The notes below the pieces were generated by a model. The model did not search any database. It saw only the letters and a list, made by a program, of their open reading frames with translations, and was not told where the DNA came from. This document shows, piece by piece, positions 54,047 to 64,000 of a DNA stretch of 64,000 nucleotides; position 1 is the stretch's first letter; each line of letters starts with the position of its first letter. Source of the stretch: Phoronis australis (Eukaryota > Animalia > Phoronida); NCBI GenBank assembly GCA_002633005.1, contig NMRA01000188.1:62001-126000 (forward strand). Reading direction: 5' to 3'. A program made the translations under genes and the position numbers.

Positions 54047-56842
54047 TTAATGAATATAGAATCAATCGGCAACTCAAGAGGCTTTGTGTTGAGAAGAAGT
54101 CACGTGGAAGTAGCTTATAATAGGCTACAACATTTTCTGAACTTCTTTTCAGCAAACTGATGATGTGAACGTCGTTTGTAAAAGACACTCCTCTCACCAT
54201 CTGAAGGACACAACCATTGTCGAATCTAGAGAGACGCCAAGGGGACCATGATCCCCCCCCCCTAAAATTCTCCCAGATAACATTTGGCAGTTCTGGAATG
54301 CGAATGTTGGACGGGAAAAATCCTCGCTAATACTCTACCCTGGCCCCCTCGCTCAAAATTCTGGATCCGCCATAGCGGGCTCAGTCTTCCATACATCATG
54401 GTCACTCTGAGGTGATTGTTTGCTACTGCCCTTTTGCATGCTGATTGATCGCTCCGCTCAACAGTTCGTTACCATCAAAGACACCTCTATCGCCGATGAA
54501 CATTATAGCGACAACAATACGTTGAAGTACCTAATTCCTATATTTCTTGTTCTTTTATTCTTTCTGTTGGAATTCCCCGTCAACGTAAGTGATTCTTCAC
54601 CACGAAGATTTAATTTCAGCACACAGTCTTCGGATGATTGCCTATATTCGTAAATTTTCATCTCTTTAGCCTTTTACCTTCACTGGAAAACGTTTTACGC
54701 CGACTGCACATACAAAAAATACAACTGACTGTGCCTTTTGGGTCGGCTGAAAACTAGTCATTTTTTGCAAATGCTACTCACTTGATTTTAAGTGCATTGT
54801 CACGGCGAGTATAAAACCTTAGATATCTTATACGATTTCAATGTATAAATGTTGAGTTTCTATTTTATCGGCTATCTCCATCCTGTCTTTCTCGTGCATT
54901 TATTTGTCCGATTATGTCAAGATTCTGTTTACGAGTCAAATTATTGCGTACTGTGAATGGTTTTGAGAAACATGCTTTTCTGTGAAAGGAAACTATGCGG
55001 AAGGATCAGAATTATTTGTCGTCTCTGAAGTATTTGTAGCACTAACTGTACAACACACCACTTTACTCTTTTGACTCGACTTTTTGCAGTCAGAACTTTT
55101 AGAGTTGAAGGGAGTCTTAAAATGTACTTAATTGTGCCGATTCAACCCCTTTTGGTTTGGAACCGGAAGGTATTCTGCATAGCACAGCAGTGTTTCTGTA
55201 CCTGCCTTTGTGAAATTTTATTTTCTGAACCCCAGACAGCTCAGTTGTCGTGGCATTGTGTGCTCCGCCCTGGCAATGACATAAACGAAAACGTATACTG
55301 ATGCTAAGCATTGAGTGTAGTACTTCTGTGCGCAAGAATGCCCATTACCCACATTAGCCAAGAGATGAAAGGCCCGAAAGGACCTCTTGGTGGGTCGAAA
55401 CAGTGGAGGCGTGGAACGGTTTTCGAGGAGGGCTTGAAACTGCTGCAAATTCAGGTTGCTCTGTTGAGGCAGACCCTTCTTACACAACGAGCTGTAGGGG
55501 TCATCCCAGGAAAAGGGAACCACCTGACGTAGGAGTCCCTTTTGTAGTAGTAAAGCCTTTTGGAAAATTGTTTTGGCAGCGATTTCTAATTTAGTTCATT
55601 CAAAGGAGGACCCTCTAGAAGGAGGTCCTGAGGGAGTTGCCCCCTTTGCACACTCATAGATCATTGGAGATATTCCTTATAAAGCAATATCGTGCAGGTC
55701 ACTAAACTGGAACATTGTGGAATACAAACTACAGCTGTGGCAGAAGTTGGGTGTTTAGTTCTGTATTATGCACTGTGATGTGAAGTAATGGATTGTGAAT
55801 TTTCTCTCCATTTGCCACTGTGTACTGACTGTTTTATACCTGATGACAACTTTGAAAAATGTTGAAACGTCCTACCATGAGGTACAGCGTCTTGTTTTTG
55901 TGATTTAACTTTCCATAACTTACTACATACAGGGCAGTTCTTTGCTACTCGCTGTGGCCTTGAAAAACGTTAGGGTCACGTTTCTTGTTAGCTCAAACAT
56001 AATTTTTTACAGATTATGTAAGGAATTTAATTCTTCAATACTGAACTACACTGTCATCAGCTACATCAAATAATCCACATCATTAAGTACGCCAAACAAT
56101 ATCATTTACCTTTTTGACCGATAGTTCTAAAACCCCTTCGACCCCCAAACCCTCGATACCCTCGACCCACGGCTGCCACGACCCAAAACTACTTGACCCG
56201 GTCTACACAAGCTCGACTGGATCTGAACATAGAACAAGGCTGACTTGCAGCACCAATGAGTTGGGCCGTGATCTCGGCTGGCTTTTTCCTGTTTTTTGTT
56301 TTTGCAATTAAGAGAGTCTATTGGGCAAGATTGCAGGCCAAAACAGAAACAAACAACGAGACCAAATCAAATCAAAGACCTACAAACATTACAAATGTCG
56401 TCGCGGCAGAGTGTAATCGTCTCGTCAGCTCTTCAATGAATGGCAGATTCAATATTTTTGTGGAGAGTGCGAGGAACCAACAAAATTGTAATTTCATCAG
56501 TAAATGCAGTTTGAAAAACAATCTGTTTAGTAAAAAGTTTTTCAACGTTATATAGAATATCTCGTAAACGAGTATACAACAGAAAGCAAATAATAAAAGT
56601 GTAAAATTATGTACATTTACGTTAAGGTACTCTCTTCCAAAGTTTAGTAGAACTGGGCCATTGGTAGCTGCTCGTGGAACTATTTCCGTAACAACGATAG
56701 CGCGCTGACAATGGGCTATTTCAAATCACGTTCTCATGGCACTTTCTGTTTTTAACCTCCAGACTTGACCAAGAACATACTTGCGTGTAGGTATGACTTA
56801 TGGGAAAGTCACTTAGCAACGTAATGCGATTATACAATATGT

Positions 56843-58090
56843 AACAAGAGCAACGCTGAGCGTTGAAATGCGCCCACGAATGCATCGCAAACGGTGTGCT
56901 TTTAGGGTTGTTTTTTGGTCATAAAATGGCCACTAGATGGGAACATGTCATAGCTTCTTCAATAGAAAGCTATTCACCAAATTTCATAGAAATGTCACGA
57001 AACTTTAGAGAAACAAAGGAAAACAGAATAAATTGAAAACTGCCACTAGGGGCCCAGTGTTTATTGGATCCACCTGAAAGTCGTCATTGTCTGTTGTTAG
57101 CTTCATATAAATACACTTACTAAATTTAATAAAAACCCAGCAGTGGGTTTAGGAGATACAGCTATGGGGGGAAAACAAAACAAAGGAGACGCCACAGTAG
57201 TCAAAGTCGTCATCGTCAATCATCCTCTTCACACAGAAAACATGAACGCCAATTTTCAAAAACATCCTTAGAATGATTTGGTTGATAGAGGGCTGGACGA
57301 CAAAAAACAGCAATAATGGCCACTAGGTGGCGCAAAATACCTCGATGCCATCCAAAAACGGTAGGATAGCGTCATCTCACCAAGAGATGCTGTATTCAAA
57401 ATTTTATGAAAATCCGTTGAGAACGCTTGAAGATACAGAGGTAAACATAAAATCTAAAATTGCTACTAGGGGGCACACCAGAAGTCAGATCCGTCCGAAA
57501 GTCGTCGTTGTTCTTTGCCAACACCATATCAATACACTTGTTAAATTTATTAAAGATCCTGCAAAATGCGCAAAAACGAAATTGTCACTAGGAGGCGCCA
57601 GAGTAGCTGAAGTCATCGGAAAATCATCGTCAGCCGCCCACTTCATAGTAAAAACATACATGCCATTTTTCACAATTATCCTGAAAGCGATTTGGTTGAT
57701 AGAGGGGTAGACGCCAAAAAAACTGACTCGAAAACGGTAAAAATGGCCACTAGGTGGCGTAAACAAAGTCGAATCCATTTTAAAACGGAAAGATAGCGTC
57801 ACCACACTAACAGAAGCCTGTACGCCAAATTTTTTGAAAATACGTTGAGGACCTTTGAAGATACAGAGGTTAACGTAAAAAAATAAATTGCCACCAGGGG
57901 GCACACCAGTAATTAAAGTGGTCGTCGCCCTTTGTCAACATCATATAAATGCACTTACTAAATTTAGTAAAGATCCTGCAGACGGTTTAGGAGATACAGC
58001 CATATGAGCAAAAAACAAAACTGCCACTAGGAGGCGCCACAGACGTCGAAATCGTCGGAAAATCATCGTCAGCCGTCCTCTTCATACAAG
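56843..58090. mobile_element. Helentron/HINE-like non-autonomous element carrying a higher-order tandem array (3 monomers of ~140 bp, ~425-bp period, three copies)
   Basis: Starts aacaagag with a terminal hairpin caacgct-g-agcgttg (56851-56865). Monomers recur at 56927/57317/57744, 57041/57461/57889 and 57185/57583/58022. Inserted in the middle of the foldback MITE that is intact in copy A. Confidence 0.65.
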
Positions 58091-59719
58091 GAGTGTACGA
58101 GTATAGGAGAGTTCACTCCGCCATTTTACCATTCGCCGCAATGGTTACTGGTCGAAACACTAGCGCTCCAAGTGGTGAATAATCAACACTTAGTTTGGCG
58201 CGCAGTCCGAACAATGTAAACGCTCATAAATTCATACTTTAATGACATTCAACGTGCAATAAAATTACTGTGGGATTGAAAATGGTTAGAATACATATAC
58301 TAACATCCACTTACAATAGAATGAGAAAGAAAATGTGTATTTTAATCAATATTAAAGTGTATTTGTTTTTATTCTCTTGAAGCTCCCTTCAAAATTCATC
58401 ATGGTTTTGTTTCATGTTTGAGTTCTTAACATGGCAATTATCGTTCCTTATAACAGTTCATACCTCCATGAACTACACAATTTGAATGATTGTCCCTGGG
58501 GGTTCAGAGGGGAATTCCCTCCAGGTACCAGCTAAGGAGGTACCAGGCAAAACCCGGCAGGTGGGCGCCAAATAGGTGTTGCCACCCCCTCCCAGGGGGG
58601 TTACATGGGAGGAGTGCTAAACAGGTAAAAACCAATGGGTATGTATGCCACATGGGTGTTGAGCCCCTCCCATCGTCACACATTTTGGTTGCTCCCCTGA
58701 CCATTGACAAACATGTTGCTCCCAGCTCACTGCTGGTTTCATCTCCACCCAACAATTTCGCATGTGTTCCCTATTCAACGCATGAGGCAATGCAGACAAT
58801 TGTTTTGTGCAGTGGGTGTTACACAAGTGAGAAGAAGAAAGCAAGGCAATTCATCACTACCACAAAATCGTAATACAATTTTAGAACATTCCATTATTTC
58901 TTAGTTATGCCAGTATAGGGCTCAATCCCACTCTCCCACTCACTAACAGCTACTGACAAGTCACTTGCTAATCTGTAGAATAGCTCACAACTTACAAAAT
59001 AAAGTAACATTGAGTACATCATCACTCATAACTAGTCAAAGTTCAAAATATCATGACAAAAAATTAAGAGGTACTAAACAGCAATCAAAATATTCACTAC
59101 CCACATAACTTCATACAAAATTGAATTAAAAAGACTTGGATGATATAACCAAAATTTTATATACCCACTGTTCCTATGAGTAAATATTTCAGGTAAGTTA
59201 AAGCCAGACCACAAGATCATATCTGATACCTAACCACAACTGGGGCTTAAATTAATCACAATCTCCAAAAACGTACAAAACAGGCAACACATACACCAAC
59301 CAATACAACAAGAAAATCTGACCAACCTTGTCACTCTCTATTAATTCACTAGCAAACAACAGCACTTTTCGCCAAAGAAATGCGTTATAAATAAAGCTGA
59401 AAACTAATTTACTCAGAGGTGTTTGTCATTGAGAAGCAAAATGATACGGATAGCTTGTGTTTAACAAAATTTCAGCCCACCACTCAGACTCTGAATGATC
59501 CATCAGTTTAACTTTGGCTCTCTCCAAATCACAGGCTAACCATTCATAAAATGTTTCAATCTGATCAACCTTAGTAAAATACGAAAACCAGATTTTGCGG
59601 ACTAACTGTCCTTTCTACACGTGATGTTCCAGTACTTGCTTTGTGAGACGATAATCAGAAATGCAAAAAATCCTATTCCAGAGCTGTAATATAATTTCCG
59701 GAGAACTTTTTGACCCTGA

Positions 59720-59895
59720 CATCTTCATTTTTGGTGGATTCGGGACATCAAATATTGTTCGGGCACTACAGTTAATACCAGCTTGTTCTTCATTCATGAA
59801 CATGGACTCCTCGAAGTGATGAGAGCATAACTTGCGGTTCTTGGACAAATAGGTTGCATCTCTATTCATAAGGTCAGCTCCCAGCGCTTGCACCT
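59720..59895 (-). mobile_element. THAP-domain exon relic (P-element/hAT-associated type)
   Basis: ag|gtgcaag acceptor, then ADLMNRDATYLSKNRKLCSHHFEESMF...TIFDVPNPP (THAP CS-HF and AVPTIF box). Confidence 0.6.
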
Positions 59896-60506
59896 GAACA
59901 GAAATCAATGATTGAGAGACTCAGGAACAAACCTCATACTCACTAGGTTCACAGAAGACTGGTAGCCTACACTAAAGTACACTACACTACAGAATTCCTG
60001 TCGCACTGTGATTGTGATAGAGACAAAAGCGTTTTGGTGTCAACTGAAAAAAACTCGGACTCAAATGTTGATCCACGGATATTTTAACAGGGCCGGGCCC
60101 CCCATCATTGACACGATTAAGTTTTCAATGACGCACTGCTTAACTTAATTGGTCCAACTTGCACATTAACATTATGTTCGGATTTTTCACCTTTTCACCG
60201 AGACCCACAGATTCGCTAACTTGACTCATGACAGACTTAGTGGCCCTGTGGCTGTGATTGTGCCATGGCTGTGTCACCAGTCATATTACTCATGGCCATC
60301 ATGGGCATGGGTATGTTTTCCTAAAATTGTCCCTGCGATCGTACGGGTGACATTTTGATTTAGAATTGATGGACTGCAAGTATCCAAAAAGCTGACGATC
60401 ACATCGTACGTTCATCATAGTCCTTCCGCCGGCAGCCCGGTTGTACAGTAGGCCTAGCCTACACTGCAGACAACAGAACAGTGGCAACGGGACTGTGATC
60501 GACTTN

Positions 60507-61038
60507 ATGACCGCTTAACTTCAAAGCCGTTTTTCTCGGCTCGTGATTTCAGGATAGTGACAAGATTCTCGGGCCTATTTTTCCACAACACGTGGGTCAA
60601 TTTTTACGAAAGTTGCAAATTTGAAATCCTCTAGGACTGAAGTAAAATCGCGTGCCAGGGTTTTTTGATAAATGGACCAGATTTTTAGTTATTAGACGGA
60701 AAGTGACCAAATGACAAAAAGTGGCGTGCTTGCCCCAACTCACACACAAAAAATGCCACAAAATTAAGATCATAATGATTTTGTACATATATTTGGTATG
60801 GATAAATAGAATATTGCGTAAGGAAACAGTTGATGATGATCCCTGTGCATTTTAAAAAAAATTCGAGGTAAAGTTGGATTTTTTGAAAAAAAAATACGAT
60901 TTTTTAAAAAAACGAACTACAAAAAAAATTTTTTTTTTCGATTTTTGTCACTTTCAGAGTCATATCTAACTAGTTAAAACTCCCTTTTTACTCACTTTAG
61001 TTAGGAACCTGGAGATTTGATCAGTGTATGCACCTACC
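60507..61038. mobile_element. One end of a TTAA-targeting non-autonomous DNA transposon
   Basis: Ends ...gcacctacc|TTAA just before homology with copy A resumes; the left side begins at the single N (60506). Confidence 0.35.
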
Positions 61039-61699
61039 TTAAAGAGTCAAGGGACGAGGGGGTCGAGGGGTTGTGGGTCGAGGAGGTCGTGGGTCGAGGG
61101 GTGTGGGGGTCGAAGTGGTTTTAAAACTATCCTGTTTTGTCAAGTGACCATATTTTCTGAATCATTAGACCTTTCTTTATAGCAATGTATACCATTGTCG
61201 TGAATTCAATATCCCAAAAGCGAGAAAATAGTAGAATTAAGGCGACTTTAAGTGCAAGTTTCTAGTTCCATAGACATGAGCGTGACGTAAGAACCTACCC
61301 AGCGACAATGTGTCATGTCAAGCAATTTCGCAGAAGTTTCTTGCACAATTCTTGTGCCGCATCCAGACTTCTATGATATCCCACAGGAAAGTAAAAACTC
61401 ACAACGTGCTCAAAAACTAAGTTGTCACAACTACCACCAACGCGAAGTCTTAGCATCTTTGTCACATTGAAATAAGCGCACTACACACAGTGGAACATGG
61501 CTAATGTGATTGGTTGTCCACATTCTACGTGACATTTATTGACCAATAAATCACTGAGTCTCGTAACTCGAGATCGGCTTATCAAGATATCGCCAGGTAG
61601 TGTTCGTTGGTGTTCAAACTTATCACTTGATCTACTGGAGTTATTTTATTGTTTTTGGTGTTTGGGTAGGAAATTGGTGACTTTAAAGCATATCAAACA

Positions 61700-62125
61700 C
61701 ACTTTGGATTTTGAACATGCCAACTTTTACGACCAATATTTAATAGAACTCCAAGCCAGCATTTGAACCCTTTGGCAAACTATTAATCAAGAACTTAGGG
61801 ACCAAACGTGCTTCAAAGCCCAACAGTCACCAAACCTTTATCCACCACATTCAAACTCTCAACCACCAACACAGACTCCTAGTTACTGCTCAAGATGAGC
61901 GTCTACCGCTTGTCCTCTCTTTCATACCCGATTAATTTACTACCTCCCAGTTCCTCGACAACCCATTTTACCGAAGACGTCGGTGTAGGTACCCCGCCGT
62001 AAACACCACATGCCAGTGTCTGTTCTGCTTCCCATGCAGATCACGGTGTCAATATTGTCTGCACCTTAGCGTAAGCAAATTTTCTATATACTCGGCTCCA
62101 AAGGCTCCGCTGTTCAGTCATCCGG
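61700..62125 (+). mobile_element. Penelope-like internal fragment
   Basis: ERLPLVLSF and CFPCRSRCQYC (RT to GIY-YIG linker and Cys knuckle). Absent from copy A at ~13408; tcaaac on both sides. Confidence 0.55.
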
Positions 62126-63109
62126 CTCAAACCACCAACTTATTAACGTTTAATTGTCTACCCTCACTCTTAAGCTAATATTATTCATGTATTCATGTAC
62201 CTGCACCCGTATGTAAATTTTAATTTATACTGCATCAAAATTAGGTCTAATCCACAAATTGCCGTGGGGAAACTTTGGTTAGTATTTGATGATATCGCCG
62301 AAACTGCAGGTATCCCAAACCCCAGCGGCGAAATCTGCCGTGCGGACCTGCGTCCGCTGCGACTTCGCAAGCGTAATACCGCTTTATGGCAATAGGTAAA
62401 AAGGTGACAATTGTCTGACGACCCATATCGTCTAAAAAATTTTAATACCACCGTGTTCACCCATCGACGCGAAGACTGCTATTTCCGGATTTTAGTTGGA
62501 GTACGCATGCTCGGCCGACGGATTTTACGTGGTGACCTCTTGTGACCAGACAGAAAACTTTTGCACGCGATCTGTTGTTTTCTGTCGAAATTCCAATCAC
62601 AAAATGTGATAATTTCTAATGAGACTGACATTGAAAAGGCTCACATACATTGGTCAGCGCCCAAACTCTTGCCTATAACTAGATGTTACGCAGTCACTCT
62701 TAGGTAAAAAATCGCTTAGTAATTTCATCCTGAGTCGACAATCCTACCACTGTTTTCTTCGCTCCAGCTGTTGTTGGTGTGTAGAAAGTCGAGTAAATGG
62801 GAAAGTGTACTACTCATTGTATCGCTGCTTTGTAAACAAAATGGCAAACTCGATTAGTACTGGAGTTTTGGATAACACAATAGACCCGCCTTCTATTGGA
62901 AACCTGGCGTTATTAATTCCAGGGAACCAATTCAACTGTTTCTATTGGAGGCTGTCATCTATTACAAATTAGAAACCCGTTATGCAATGCGAACAAATGG
63001 ATATGTTTAGTTTCTTGCAATTATTTGAAAATTCAACGTACCCGAATATAATGAATACTATAATATAATGAAATACTCGGAATCTGTGCGTGATTCGGGA
63101 ATGTAGGCC

Positions 63110-63332
63110 TCAGCTCATCATTATTTTACTCTATTTTATCTTATTTATTCATATTATTGTACATATTAATTTATTTTATTTATTCATCTTTTCAATCTAA
63201 TTGTACTTAGCTCTCTGTATTTTACTTCATGTAATTATTTCCGACTGGTCCCACTTGAAAATCAGTGTATTCACTGAAATGCTCACCCAGTCTTTTATAG
63301 AAGTTTATGTAAATAAATGATAAATAAATATA
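63110..63332 (+). mobile_element. Probable L2/CR1 LINE 3' tail
   Basis: T-rich tract, then a stem-loop tcagtg-tatt-cactga, ending in (AAAT)n. Confidence 0.4.
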
Positions 63333-64000
63333 AGGCCGTTGTATTTCTTTCGAAAATGAGAACATTCATTTTAGGATATTAGTCAAGTCATTTGTCATGT
63401 GTTATCCCCCAATCAACATGACGTCCAGATGAGACAAAAAGTCTCATCTGGATGGCTGCATGATTAGAATACTCAGTTCTTTTACCACATCCAAGGTTCA
63501 CCTTAAAAGAATAGGCAGACGTTTTCGAAGGCTTCTTTTAGAATTTGCCTTTCGTTAGCACAGGTGGCGCTGTATGAAGAACTACTTCATCAACACAGGA
63601 AAATAGCTTAATGCCAACAAAATCTCCACTGAGGTTGCTCAATGCGCGTTGTCATTCACAAACAAGCGCCGGACTGGGCGCAATGTCACATTCATGGCAT
63701 GTGTGAAGACTAAAACTTCTTGATTGTACGATTTAAGTTACGTGCTGATTCATTGAGAACAGCAAACTTATATGAAAGAACAATGTTCAAACATTCAACT
63801 GAAAGTCATGAGAGATCCTGAACAAACAACCAAATTTGGCGAACCTCGGAGATGGTTGATTGGTTTCAAACAAAACTGTCAGATATTATACTTGCTGCAC
63901 TTTTCCCCCAACGCTTTTGGGGTTGCTTTTGAAATTTTCTTTTTAGCATGAGAGGTTAGCCAAAACTGGGACCTTCAGTAAATCCATTAAAAAGTTAAGC

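Larger units (their letters stand above)
46965..62567 (+). repeat. Segmental duplication, copy B (paralogous to ~4100-13848), expanded by copy-specific insertions
   Basis: See copy A. B-specific inserts: 48025-52690, 52800-54046, 56843-61045, 61700-62125. B lacks A 4415-5585 and 7350-10894. Confidence 0.9.

Noticed and set aside
56843-58090. CRISPR-like array (short conserved motif with regular spacing)
   Set aside because: The spacers are homologous to each other with a 3-monomer period, the motif is only ~15 bp and degenerate, there are no cas genes, and the context is eukaryotic.
57327-58904. ORFs of 66-139 aa
   Set aside because: They are chance frames through the tandem array and transposon interior, with no domain signal.
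60506-60506. Single N with an abrupt change of sequence character
   Set aside because: Probably an assembly join or ambiguity; adjacency across it should not be interpreted biologically.

Overview
AT-rich animal genomic DNA with spliceosomal GT-AG introns and metazoan transposon families; it looks like a marine invertebrate, but the taxon cannot be read from the sequence. Most of the window is decayed, nested mobile elements: CR1/L2-type LINEs, a Hero/NeSL-type RT, Penelope pieces with hammerhead-like motifs, a BEL/Pao LTR relic, AcademX, probable AcademH, Kolobok, Sola3, several THAP relics and MITEs. The one host gene is a 4-exon, minus-strand, ~460-aa ATP-grasp ligase resembling only the C-terminal half of carnosine synthase 1 (42830-45737). 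It has a 1-bp frameshift in an A-run and an orphan pseudogene paralog exon at 17370-17679. Its upstream region (~46965-62567) is an old duplicate of ~4100-13848, so filled and empty insertion sites can be compared directly. The most unusual items are the divergent half-size CARNS1-like family, a Helentron-like insertion carrying a higher-order array of co-oriented CTCF-consensus motifs (56843-58090), and a perfect six-unit heat-shock element plus hairpin in an LTR-like segment (~40.7-41.0 kb). All family assignments come from recognising motifs by eye; no database search was run.
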